DNA of 46,196 bases from Candidatus Zambryskiibacteriota bacterium (GTDB lineage Bacteria; Patescibacteriota; Minisyncoccia; Phycocordibacterales; WO2-35-19). The notes under the pieces are model-generated. The model was not told the origin of the DNA and made no database searches. It saw only the letters and a program-made list of their open reading frames with translations. The position numbers were made by a program, and so were the translations under genes. Of this stretch, positions 35,921 through 45,396 are shown piece after piece (the stretch's first letter is position 1; the number at the start of each line of letters is the position of its first letter). Location of the stretch: assembly GCA_963840745.1 (NCBI GenBank), contig CAWJAC010000003.1, positions 1 through 46,196 on the forward strand, read 5' to 3'.

Positions 35921-35991
35921 TGCCCCCGGGGGAATCGGACCCACATTAGAAGGTTAGAAACCTTCCGTTCTATCCATTGAACTACGGGAGC
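35921..35991 (-). tRNA. tRNA-Arg (anticodon UCU); T-arm/acceptor junction 1-2 nt short
   Basis: The reverse complement folds as GCTCCCG/TA/GTTC-AATGGATA-GAAC/G/GAAGG-TTTCTAA-CCTTC/..., and the 5' half is perfect. The 3' part, TAATGTGGGTCCGATTCCCCCGGGGGCA, cannot give a 5-bp T stem, 7-nt loop and 7-bp acceptor unless the C5/G5 runs (35923-35932) are one base longer. Confidence 0.7.
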
Positions 35992-35993
35992 AG

Positions 35994-36066
35994 TGCGCGG
36001 TGGAGGGCTCGAACCCCCGACATCGTCAGTGTAAATGACGCGCTCTACCAACTGAGCTAACCGCGC
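35994..36066 (-). tRNA. tRNA-Val (anticodon UAC)
   Basis: The reverse complement folds as GCGCGGT/TA/GCTC-AGTTGGTA-GAGC/G/CGTCA-TTTACAC-TGACG/ATGTC/GGGGG-TTCGAGC-CCTCC/ACCGCGC/A. A canonical 73-nt cloverleaf. Confidence 0.9.
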
Positions 36067-36108
36067 AACACATATACCATAGCATATTTTTATGGCATAG
36101 TTAAAGCC

Positions 36109-36945
36109 ATGGAAATTAAAATCTTATACGAAGATGAATATATTTTAGCCTTAGACAAGCCGTCGGGATTAATGGTGCATTCTGACGGTAGAACAAAAGA
36201 GGAGACTTTGGTGGATTGGATAAACCAAAATTATCCAGATTTGAAAGAGGTGGGGGAGGAACAAACTTTACAAAATGGACAAAAAATAAAAAGACCAGGC
36301 ATCGTTCATAGGCTCGATAAAGATACCAGCGGGGTGATTATTGTCGCTAAAACCAAAGAAGCTCATCAGTTTTTAAAAGAACAATTTAAAAACAGAAAGG
36401 TTGAGAAAATATACAATGCTGTTGTTTGGGGAAATTTCTCAGCAGACAAAATTTCAGGAATAATAGATAAACCCATAGGCAAAAGCGCGGCTGATTTCAG
36501 AAGATGGTCATCGGAACATGGTGCCAAAGGAGAGATGAGAGAGGCTGTGACTGAATATAAAGTAATTATGCAAAAAAATATCACCCCCTCACTTCGTGTA
36601 GACCCCTCTTATATTAAGATGGATAAAAACAAAAAAGAAACTGAAGACATTACCCGTAACTTTGCATATCTCGAGGTCAGGCCAAAAACAGGAAGAACTC
36701 ACCAGATAAGAGTTCATTTAAAATCAATTTCGCATCCGGTGGTTTGCGACAAATTGTATGGACCTAACCCTACTTCGCTAAAGCTTCGCGAGGCTACGGA
36801 AAAAATTTTAGGCTTTGATCGATTGGCTTTGCATGCTCTTTCAATAAAATTAGAGCTTCCCAATCATACTCATATAACCATAGAATCTCCTTTGCCAACC
36901 GAATTTGAAAATGCTAAAAATCTTTTAAAAACGGCTGAAAAGTGA
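36109..36945 (+). CDS. RluA-family pseudouridine synthase (RluD-like, no S4 domain)
   Basis: Catalytic motif HRLDKDTSGVIIVAK, together with RTHQIRVHL. Confidence 0.85.
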   Translation: MEIKILYEDEYILALDKPSGLMVHSDGRTKEETLVDWINQNYPDLKEVGEEQTLQNGQKIKRPGIVHRLDKDTSGVIIVAKTKEAHQFLKEQFKNRKVEKIYNAVVWGNFSADKISGIIDKPIGKSAADFRRWSSEHGAKGEMREAVTEYKVIMQKNITPSLRVDPSYIKMDKNKKETEDITRNFAYLEVRPKTGRTHQIRVHLKSISHPVVCDKLYGPNPTSLKLREATEKILGFDRLALHALSIKLELPNHTHITIESPLPTEFENAKNLLKTAEK

Positions 36946-36951
36946 TATATT

Positions 36952-39900
36952 TTGGATATGTCAGAGGAAAATAAAACTCAAAAAAGCAAAATAGCCGAAA
37001 GGGAGGAGGAAATACTCAAATTTTGGCAAGAAAACAAAATTTTCCAAAAATCTCTTGAAAAACCTGCACCAATGGGCGAATTTGTATTTTATGAAGGTCC
37101 TCCGACGGCAAATGGTAAGCCCGGTATTCACCACCTGGAAGCCAGGGCTTTTAAAGATACTCTTCCTCGTTATAAAACAATGAAAGGTTTTCATGTCCGT
37201 CGTAAAGGCGGCTGGGACACTCACGGTCTCCCGGTTGAACTTCAAGTGGAAAAGCAGTTGGGACTTAAATCAAAAAAAGAAATAGAGAGTTACGGTATTG
37301 AAAAATTCAATAAAAAATGCAAAGAAAGCGTTTGGGAGTATGTTGATTTGTGGGAGAAATTTACAGACAGAATAGGTTATTGGATTGATCAAAAGAATCC
37401 TTATGTGACTTACGAAAATTACTATATGGAGGCGGTTTGGAATATTATAAAGAAAGTAAACGAAAGAGATCTTCTTTATAAAGATTACAAAGTGGTGCCG
37501 TGGTGCCCACGTTGCGGCACCGGCCTTTCAAGTCATGAATTGGCTCAAGGATATGAAGATGTCAAAGATACATCAGTAACTATTAAATTTAAATTATTGC
37601 CCGGTCAAAAAATAGGTGATTGGGAGACCGACGATAAAACTTATGTCTTAGCTTGGACAACTACACCGTGGACTTTGCCAGGGAACGTTGCCTTGGCCGT
37701 TAAAAAAGATATTTCTTATAGCGCTGTCAAAATTGATGATGTAGACGAACTCTTAATTCTAGCTACTGATCTAATAGAAAAAGTGCTTGTTGGGCATAAA
37801 GTTGAAGAGTCAAGTAAGTTTAAAGGCGAAAATATTTTGGGACTTGAATACGAGCCTCTTTATCCATATCTCGAACAAAATGCTCCGGATTCAGAAAAGG
37901 AAAAAATAGACAAAGCGTTTAAGATTTATGATGCCGGTTTTGTGACTACCGAAGACGGAACAGGTGTTGTTCATACTGCGGTTATGTACGGTCAAGAGGA
38001 TTTTGAATTAGGAAATAAAATTGGTTTACCTAAGGTTCACATAGTAAAAGATGACGGTACTTTCAAAGAAGGAATGGATTTTCTCTCTGGCAGATTTGTT
38101 AAAGAAAAAGATGAAAAAGGGAAACCGACTCTTGATGTAGATATTATAGAAGACCTTAAGAAAAAAGGATTTTACTTCCATAACGAACCTTATAGACATT
38201 CATACCCGTTTTGTTGGCGCTGCCACACCCCCCTTATCTATTACGCTAGGGATTCCTGGTATATAAAAATGTCTAGCTTGCGCGAGACCCTCGTGAAAGA
38301 AAATGAGGATATTAATTGGGTACCAGCTCACATAAAAGAAGGGCGGTTTGGGGAGTGGCTAAAAGAAGTGAAGGATTGGGCTATTTCGCGTGAACGCTAT
38401 TGGGGGACCCCTCTTCCTGTCTGGCAAAACAGTGAAGGCAAGACTTTAGTTATTGGGAGTATTGATGAATTAAAAAAACATACCAAAAAATCAGGAAATA
38501 AATATTTCGTGATGAGGCACGGAGAGGCTGAGCATAATGTTTTGAATATAGCCAGCAATTTACCAGATTTTCCTCATCATTTGACCAAAAAAGGCGAAGA
38601 TCAATCTTTGGAAGCTGGTAAAAATCTTAAAAATAAAAAAATAGATGCAATTTATTGTTCTACATTTTTAAGAACAAGAGAAACAGCTCAAATAATCGCC
38701 AAAGAAATTGGCTTTGATGAAAGCAAAATAAAATTTGATGACAAAATCAGAGAATTTGATTTTGGTGATTTTCATTTAAAATCTTTTAATGATTATTTGG
38801 AATATGAAAAATCAAATATGAAAAATTATGATGACAAAATATCAGGCGGAGAAAGTTATCAGGATTCCAAAAACAGAGTTGGTGATTTTATGTATGAAGT
38901 TGATTCAAAACATAAAGGGGAGAATATTTTAATTGTAACTCATGGAATTTTTCTTGAAGTTTTGCCGGCGATACTTGAAGGGGCAGATGCCAAAAGATCA
39001 AAACAGATTATAGACGCTTTAAGTCCTGAAATTGGAGGAATTTCTGAATATTTCTTTGTACCTTTACCTCACAATGAAAATTATGAACTTGATTTGCACA
39101 AACCTTATATTGATGAAATTGAGCTTGTAGATGAGAAGGGAAATGAACTGAAGAGGACAAAAGAGGTAATGGATGTCTGGCTCGACTCGGGCTCGATGCC
39201 TTTTGCCCAAGATGGATTGGAATCTCAAAAAGAAATTAAATATCCGGCCGATTTTATTTCAGAAGCTGTGGATCAAACCAGGGGTTGGTTTTACACTTTG
39301 CATGCAATCGGTGTTCTTATGAAAAGAGGCAAAGCTTTTAAAAACGTAATTTGCTTGGGACATATTCTTGATGCCAATGGCAAGAAGATGTCTAAATCTC
39401 TTGGCAATATTGTAGACCCTTGGCTTATGATAGATAAATACGGTTCTGATGCTTTGCGCATGTGGATGTACACAGTAAACCAACCCGGAGATTCAAAGAA
39501 TTTTGATGAAAAAACGGTTGATGATGTGGTAAAAAAAATATTTAATCCAGTATCAAATATTCTGTCATTCTATGAATTATATAGGGACGAAAACGTAAAA
39601 CCTTCTCTTAAAAGCGGACACATTTTGGATAAATGGGTTATTTCCAAATTAAACCTTCTCTTGGAGGAAGGAGGCCAAGATCTTGAGGAATACCATGTAT
39701 TTGAAGCAGCTAGAGGAATCAGGGACTTTGCAAATGATTTCTCCACTTGGTACCTAAGGCGCTCGAGAGACAGATTTAGATCTGAAAACAAAGAAGACAA
39801 GGAAAATGCTTTGGCCACTACTCATTTTGTTTTGCTTCAGCTTGCCAAATATATGGCACCCTTTACACCGTTTTTTGCCGAGAATCTGTATTTGAAATTA

Positions 39901-40449
39901 AAATCTGAAAAAGATCCGGAGAGTGTGCATCTTTGTAGTTGGCCGGAAGAAGGAAAAATTGATGAAAAAATTATTAAAAATATGGAAGAAGTGAGAAAGG
40001 TAGTGTCTTTGGCGCTTGAAAAAAGAATGGCCTCTGGCATAAAAGTAAGACAACCTTTAAATGAATTAAGAATTAAGAATTATGAATTAAAGGGCAAGGA
40101 AGAATATTTGGAACTTATAAAAGACGAAATAAACGTAAAAAACATTTCTTTCAATGAAAAACTGGAGACAAAAGTAGAATTGGATATCAAAATTACAGAA
40201 GAACTGCAAAAAGAGGGTGATGCCAGAGAACTTGTAAGGACAGTTCAGGAATTAAGAAAAGAAAAAAAGCTGATGCCTTTTGATGTTATTGAACTTGTGG
40301 TTGAAACAGATGAAAAGGGCGAAGAATTCTTAAACTCTGTTTTGGAACAAATAAAAAAAGCGACAAATGTAAGCAAAATCTTGTTTGAAAATAATGATAG
40401 CGAAGAATTGAAAATTGAAAATTATAAATTGAAAATTAAAATTAAATAA
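36952..40449 (+). CDS. ileS: Isoleucine--tRNA ligase with an internal histidine-phosphatase-like insertion
   Basis: PTANGKPGIHHLEAR (HIGH region), the CP1 editing region (TTTPWTLPGN), WAISRERYWGTPLP, and KMSKSLGN. The tracked start is TTG at 36952; ATG at 36958 is the more likely start. At 1165 aa it is long because of the insertion at 38500-39080. Confidence 0.95.
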   Translation: MDMSEENKTQKSKIAEREEEILKFWQENKIFQKSLEKPAPMGEFVFYEGPPTANGKPGIHHLEARAFKDTLPRYKTMKGFHVRRKGGWDTHGLPVELQVEKQLGLKSKKEIESYGIEKFNKKCKESVWEYVDLWEKFTDRIGYWIDQKNPYVTYENYYMEAVWNIIKKVNERDLLYKDYKVVPWCPRCGTGLSSHELAQGYEDVKDTSVTIKFKLLPGQKIGDWETDDKTYVLAWTTTPWTLPGNVALAVKKDISYSAVKIDDVDELLILATDLIEKVLVGHKVEESSKFKGENILGLEYEPLYPYLEQNAPDSEKEKIDKAFKIYDAGFVTTEDGTGVVHTAVMYGQEDFELGNKIGLPKVHIVKDDGTFKEGMDFLSGRFVKEKDEKGKPTLDVDIIEDLKKKGFYFHNEPYRHSYPFCWRCHTPLIYYARDSWYIKMSSLRETLVKENEDINWVPAHIKEGRFGEWLKEVKDWAISRERYWGTPLPVWQNSEGKTLVIGSIDELKKHTKKSGNKYFVMRHGEAEHNVLNIASNLPDFPHHLTKKGEDQSLEAGKNLKNKKIDAIYCSTFLRTRETAQIIAKEIGFDESKIKFDDKIREFDFGDFHLKSFNDYLEYEKSNMKNYDDKISGGESYQDSKNRVGDFMYEVDSKHKGENILIVTHGIFLEVLPAILEGADAKRSKQIIDALSPEIGGISEYFFVPLPHNENYELDLHKPYIDEIELVDEKGNELKRTKEVMDVWLDSGSMPFAQDGLESQKEIKYPADFISEAVDQTRGWFYTLHAIGVLMKRGKAFKNVICLGHILDANGKKMSKSLGNIVDPWLMIDKYGSDALRMWMYTVNQPGDSKNFDEKTVDDVVKKIFNPVSNILSFYELYRDENVKPSLKSGHILDKWVISKLNLLLEEGGQDLEEYHVFEAARGIRDFANDFSTWYLRRSRDRFRSENKEDKENALATTHFVLLQLAKYMAPFTPFFAENLYLKLKSEKDPESVHLCSWPEEGKIDEKIIKNMEEVRKVVSLALEKRMASGIKVRQPLNELRIKNYELKGKEEYLELIKDEINVKNISFNEKLETKVELDIKITEELQKEGDARELVRTVQELRKEKKLMPFDVIELVVETDEKGEEFLNSVLEQIKKATNVSKILFENNDSEELKIENYKLKIKIK
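38500..39080 (+). other. Histidine phosphatase superfamily (PGAM/CobC-like) domain embedded in ileS
   Basis: Residues about 517-710: KYFVMRHGEAEHN (RHG motif), TFLRTRETA, and ILIVTHGIFLEVL (second catalytic His). It is in frame with no stops and is flanked by IleRS segments GSIDELKK and LDLHKPYIDEIEL. Confidence 0.6.
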
Positions 40450-40459
40450 ATTTAATTTT

Positions 40460-41039
40460 GTGTATTGTAAACATCATACCAAGGGCATTGTGGTTGGAAG
40501 TAAAATTGAAGGAGATAGTAGTAAGCGGGCAAATATATTTACAGAAAATTTTGGTTTGATAAGCGCTCGTGTGCAGGGAGGCAGAAACATTCGTTCAAAA
40601 CTGCGAAGCGGCTGCCAAGATTTTTCTTTTGGCGATTTTTCATTAGTACATGGTAAAAGCGGCTGGCGGGTGGTCAGCAGCCGGGCCGAAAAGAATTTTT
40701 TTGAATTGTTTAGAAATTTTCCTGATAAACTAAAAATTGTCGGCAACATTCTTAATTTAATCAAGAAACTCACAAGCGAAGAGGAAGCTCATACCCCGCT
40801 TTTTTCTGTTGTCTCAAATTTCTTAAATTTTTTGGTAACAGCCAAAGAACAAGATATTGCCCTCGCCGAATGTCTGACCCTTTTACGTGCCTTGCACATA
40901 CTTGGGTTTATGGGACACGATCCGGAAACTTACAGTTCCAATATCCTCCTCGGAAATAGAAATAAAAGATTTGGAAATGATTGCTCCCCGAAGGTCAAAA
41001 ATAATTGCTCTCATTAACGAATCTCTCAAAGCGACGTAA
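40460..41039 (+). CDS. recO: DNA repair protein RecO; 3' end frameshifted
   Basis: An N-terminal OB-fold-like region (TKGIVVGSKIEGDSSKRANIFTENFGLISARVQGGR). The tracked ORF ends at 41017 in odd sequence (GNRNKRFGNDCSPKVKNNCSH*). Frame 0 from about 40945 reads SSEIEIKDLEMIAPRRSKIIALINESLKAT* with a stop at 41037-41039. Confidence 0.8.
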
Positions 41040-41062
41040 TATTCGTGATATAATTAAGAGTT

Positions 41063-43039
41063 ATGCAATATGATGATGAAAAAAAAGAAAAACTGAATAG
41101 GCTTGAGAAGAAACTCTATTCTAGAAGTGCTCCCAATATAATTGACAAAGGCCGATCAGATTTTAATCAGTCACCCAATCAAGGTGGTGTCGAAGGAATT
41201 AACGGAGAAAATGAAGAGGTGAAAGAAAGATGGACAAACAGCAAAACCGGTGGTTTTGATGAATTGGTGGCAAGATTTTCTCGAGCTACCAACAAAAAAT
41301 ACAGTTTTATTAAAAAAATTTTTATCTTTTCCGTAATATTTTTTGTGTTAGCTGTCGGTGTAGCAGCCTACGTATTTTTTGGCGGAATAAATTCAGTTTC
41401 CTCAAAAAATGTGGATATAGAAGTGGTTGGGCCGCTTTCTATTCCCGGCGGTCAAGAAGTTTCTTTGGATATAAATATCATAAACAACAACAGCGTCGAT
41501 CTTAATTCCGCTTCTCTCCTTGTTGAATATCCAACAAGCACCAGATCAGTTGCAGATCCTACTAAAGAGCTTACTCAGGAAAAATTTGTTTTAGACAAAA
41601 TAAAATCTGGAGAAAGTTATGGCCAAAACATCAAAGCAATTTTCTTTGGTGAAAAAGATGACTTGAAACAAATAAAAATTTCTTTGGAATACAGAGTGGA
41701 AAATTCAAGCGCTCTGTTTTACAAAGAAAAAATTTACGAAATATCCATCAGTTCCTCTCCGATCATAATCACCCCCACTTACCCAAAAGAAGTTAATTCA
41801 AATCAGGAAGTCTCTTTCAATATAGAAGTGGCTTCAAATTCCAAAGATAAAGTAAATAATTTTTTGGTTAATGTTGAATATCCGTTTGGTTTTGTCTTTG
41901 AAGATTCAACACCGAAAGCATCTTTCGGTAATAATATTTGGCAAATTCCAGAACTTGATTCCGGAGAAAAGAAAACAATTTCCATAAAAGGAAATATTGT
42001 TGGCCAAGATAATGAAGAAAAAGTCTTTAAAATAAACGCTGGAACAGCAAGTCCGGATGATGAAAGAGTAATAGCCATTCCATTTTCACAGCTAATGGAA
42101 TCGATTTTGGTAAAAAAATCTTTCATCGGATTGGATGTTTCTGTCGGTGGAGGCAGCGGTGATTTTGCTGGTCAAGGCGGCAGCAGCGTCGATACCAATT
42201 TTACAGTCACAAATAATTTACCGTCTAAACTGTTTAATACCTCGGTTGAGGTTGCTTTTACCGGTGGTGCTTTCGACCCGCTCTCTGTTTCACCGGGATA
42301 TAACGGCTTTTTCCAATCTTCCAACAACACTATTTCTTGGGATAAAAGATCTGTGCCGGAATTTTCTGAAATGGATCCTGGTTCTGAGAAAAACTTATCT
42401 TTTCGCCTGTCGCCGCTTTTGTACGCAAATATAGTCAAAGGCGCAAAACCGGAAATAGATATGGTTATAACTGCCAATGGTGAAAGAATCTTAGATTCTG
42501 GTTCAGTAGAGTCGGTTTCCACTACGGAAACAAGAAAGATTATTCTCAGCAGCGATGTATCTTTTTCGTCGACAGTTTCAAGATCTGTGGGCAATATTGA
42601 AAATTCCGGTCCGATACCGCCCAAAGCCAATGTACCTACCACTTATACTGTGATTTGGAGTATCAGCAATTCGTTTAATCAGGTAAGCAATGTGGAGGTC
42701 AGGGCCACTTTGCCTCCCTATATAAAATGGACTAATTTAAAAAATCCGAGCAGTGAATTGTTTAGTTTTGATCCAGTGACCAACGAAGTTGTTTGGAATG
42801 TAGGATCGCTCCTACCCAATACTGGTTTTGGTTCTCCTAAAAAAGAAATATATTTCCAACTGCAATTTCTGCCAAGCCTTAGCCAAATCGGGCAAAGCCC
42901 GACTATATTAGGTGAAGCTTCTCTTTCCGGTATTGATAAGATGACAGGACTTAAAATAGAGACGACGGCGCCGGCAGTCGCCACCAATTTTTCAGGAGAC
43001 CCGAGTTTCAAAATAGAAGATGACAAGGTGGTGCAATAA
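41063..43039 (+). CDS. Large membrane-anchored extracytoplasmic protein with repeated Ig-like/CARDB-like beta-sandwich modules (hypothetical)
   Basis: A 658-aa protein with a charged N-terminus and one TM helix (IFIFSVIFFVLAVGVAAYVFFGG). It then has repeated modules of the form 'G..V.f.i.i.N.s...l....l.veYP.gf'. Confidence 0.65.
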   Translation: MQYDDEKKEKLNRLEKKLYSRSAPNIIDKGRSDFNQSPNQGGVEGINGENEEVKERWTNSKTGGFDELVARFSRATNKKYSFIKKIFIFSVIFFVLAVGVAAYVFFGGINSVSSKNVDIEVVGPLSIPGGQEVSLDINIINNNSVDLNSASLLVEYPTSTRSVADPTKELTQEKFVLDKIKSGESYGQNIKAIFFGEKDDLKQIKISLEYRVENSSALFYKEKIYEISISSSPIIITPTYPKEVNSNQEVSFNIEVASNSKDKVNNFLVNVEYPFGFVFEDSTPKASFGNNIWQIPELDSGEKKTISIKGNIVGQDNEEKVFKINAGTASPDDERVIAIPFSQLMESILVKKSFIGLDVSVGGGSGDFAGQGGSSVDTNFTVTNNLPSKLFNTSVEVAFTGGAFDPLSVSPGYNGFFQSSNNTISWDKRSVPEFSEMDPGSEKNLSFRLSPLLYANIVKGAKPEIDMVITANGERILDSGSVESVSTTETRKIILSSDVSFSSTVSRSVGNIENSGPIPPKANVPTTYTVIWSISNSFNQVSNVEVRATLPPYIKWTNLKNPSSELFSFDPVTNEVVWNVGSLLPNTGFGSPKKEIYFQLQFLPSLSQIGQSPTILGEASLSGIDKMTGLKIETTAPAVATNFSGDPSFKIEDDKVVQ

Positions 43040-43057
43040 TGATAAGTTAAAAACAAT

Positions 43058-44287
43058 ATGGCAGAAAAAAATGATAATAAAATGGAAAAAATAATTTCGC
43101 TATGCAAGAGGCGGGGATTTGTATTTCAAGGTTCGGAGATTTATGGAGGCTTGGCTGGTACTTGGGATTATGGGCCGTATGGCGTAGCACTCAAAAATAA
43201 TATCAAAAACCTTTGGTGGAAAATATTTATTAACGGCAGAAAAGATATGTATGGTATGGATGCAGCCATAATAATGAATCCCAAAGCCTGGGAAGCCAGC
43301 GGTCATGTCTCCGGTTTTACCGATCAGACGGACGAGGGTAAAAAGTTCAATGTGATGTTTAAAACATCTGTTGGTGCTGGTGATTCTGCCACCCTAAGCT
43401 ATCTGCGGCCAGAAACAGCCGGAGGAATGTTTGTTAATTTTAAAAATATTTTGGATTCAATTCATCCCAAATTGCCTTTCGGTTTGGGCCAGATCGGCAA
43501 GGCCTTTAGAAATGAAATTGCGCCCCGAGATTTTGTATTTCGTTCCAGAGAATTTGAGCAAATGGAAGTTGAGTATTTTATCAGGTCAGAGACTTGGGAA
43601 AAATCTTTTGATGAATGGAGAAAAGTAATACTTGATTGGTGCGAATTAATTGGTCTCCAAAAATCACACATTCACGAACTTGAAGTGCCAGATGGGGAGC
43701 GGGCTCATTATTCAAAACGCACTATTGATTTTGAATTTGATTATCCTTTTGGCAAAAAAGAACTTTATGGTCTTGCGTACAGAACTGATTTTGATTTAAG
43801 AAGTCACACAACCATGTCTAGTGTTGATTTGTCCTATTATGATGAAGAAACAAAAGAAAGATTTGTTCCGCATGTTATAGAACCTTCTTTGGGAGTTGAC
43901 CGCACCGTTTTGGCTATTTTGAGTGATGCTTATACTGAAGATGAAATGAATGGGGAAGCCAGAACTTACCTAAAATTTGCTCCAAAGTTGGCTCCAATAA
44001 AAGTAGCCATTTTCCCATTGCTTAAAAATAAACCAGAATTAGTTAAAAAAGCCCAAGAAATTTTTGAAAACTTGCAGAATGAATTTATTTGCGAATTTGA
44101 CGATAATGGCAACATCGGCAAAAGATACAGAAGGCAAGACGAAATCGGCACGCCATTTTGTGTGACCATAGATTTTGATACTTTGGAAAAATCTGCCGGT
44201 GTGACAGTTCGCGATCGCGACAGCGGCAAACAAGAAAGAATTTCAGAAAACAACCTCGTTTCATATCTAAAAGAAAAGATGTTATAG
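43058..44287 (+). CDS. glyQS: Glycine--tRNA ligase (alpha2-type, unusually compact)
   Basis: RRGFVFQGSEIYGGLAGTWDYGPYG, YLRPETAGGMFVNF (motif 2 region), and the C-terminal anticodon-binding domain (GKRYRRQDEIGTPFCVTID). It is 409 aa. Confidence 0.9.
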   Translation: MAEKNDNKMEKIISLCKRRGFVFQGSEIYGGLAGTWDYGPYGVALKNNIKNLWWKIFINGRKDMYGMDAAIIMNPKAWEASGHVSGFTDQTDEGKKFNVMFKTSVGAGDSATLSYLRPETAGGMFVNFKNILDSIHPKLPFGLGQIGKAFRNEIAPRDFVFRSREFEQMEVEYFIRSETWEKSFDEWRKVILDWCELIGLQKSHIHELEVPDGERAHYSKRTIDFEFDYPFGKKELYGLAYRTDFDLRSHTTMSSVDLSYYDEETKERFVPHVIEPSLGVDRTVLAILSDAYTEDEMNGEARTYLKFAPKLAPIKVAIFPLLKNKPELVKKAQEIFENLQNEFICEFDDNGNIGKRYRRQDEIGTPFCVTIDFDTLEKSAGVTVRDRDSGKQERISENNLVSYLKEKML

Positions 44288-44295
44288 TGTAGATT

Positions 44296-45387
44296 ATGGC
44301 TACTCGGGGAAATGACAAAATAATCCAAATAAGTTCAGGCACCATCTTGAAGGCAGTACTCATTGTCTTAATTTTTGCCATCTTTTATTATTTGAGAGAC
44401 ATTGTGTTGGTGGTGCTCCTGGCAATTATAATCGCTTCTGCCGTAGAGCCGGGAGCCCAGTGGTTTTTGCGCCGGAGGGTGCCCAGAATTCTTGCAGTTC
44501 TGCTTATATATTTTGTCGCTGTTATGGCACTTGTAGTAATGTTTTATTTTCTGTTTTTGCCGCTCCTTAGCCAATCGGCTACACTTCTTTCTAATTTGCC
44601 TGGGTATTTGGGGCAATTTCAAGTTTGGAATCCTCTGCAAAATAATGAGCTTTTGTCTTCAAATTCGGCCATACAAGGATTTTCCCAAACTTTTTCTCTT
44701 TCTCAAATAGTCGAACAAATCAACAACACCGTATCAAATTTTTCAGAGGGATTTTTCTCTACAGCAAGCCGCGTTTTTGGTGGCATTTTAAGCTTTCTTT
44801 TGGTGGTGGTGCTTTCTTTCTATCTCTCAGTTGAATCCGATGGGGTTTCTAGTTTTTTGCGTATTGTCACTCCGGCCAAAAATGAAAAATATGTATTGAA
44901 TTTATGGAAAAGATCTCAGCATAAAATTGGTCTCTGGATGCAAGGACAAGTGGTGTTGGCTGTTATTATAGCCATGCTTGTATTTTTGGGGCTGACTTTG
45001 CTTAGAGTTGATAATGCGCTTCTTCTTGCTGTGCTGGCTGGTATGTTTGAAATTATCCCTCTTTTTGGTCCGATACTTGCCGCTATTCCAGCCGTGACAC
45101 TGACTTTAGTTACAAATGGTATGGCAAGCGCACTTGTAGTTGTCGGCCTTTACATTATTGTTCATCAGTTTGAAAATCAACTCATCTATCCGTTGGTAGT
45201 CCGCAAAATTGTCGGAGTGCCACCCATAATTTCAATTTTGGCTTTAATTATCGGTTACAAATTGGCTGGATTTGTCGGCCTCCTCGTTTCGGTGCCGGTG
45301 GCTACCATGCTTATAGAATTTCTGAATGATGTTGAGAAAGACAAAATAGCTGAAGCGGAGCGCTTGCAAAGTATTGAACAAAAATAA
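44296..45387 (+). CDS. AI-2E family transporter (PerM/UPF0118)
   Basis: An 8-TM-like profile with the family motifs IIPLFGPILAAIPA and HQFENQLIYPLVVRKIVGVPP. Confidence 0.85.
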   Translation: MATRGNDKIIQISSGTILKAVLIVLIFAIFYYLRDIVLVVLLAIIIASAVEPGAQWFLRRRVPRILAVLLIYFVAVMALVVMFYFLFLPLLSQSATLLSNLPGYLGQFQVWNPLQNNELLSSNSAIQGFSQTFSLSQIVEQINNTVSNFSEGFFSTASRVFGGILSFLLVVVLSFYLSVESDGVSSFLRIVTPAKNEKYVLNLWKRSQHKIGLWMQGQVVLAVIIAMLVFLGLTLLRVDNALLLAVLAGMFEIIPLFGPILAAIPAVTLTLVTNGMASALVVVGLYIIVHQFENQLIYPLVVRKIVGVPPIISILALIIGYKLAGFVGLLVSVPVATMLIEFLNDVEKDKIAEAERLQSIEQK

Positions 45388-45396
45388 TATTTTTTT

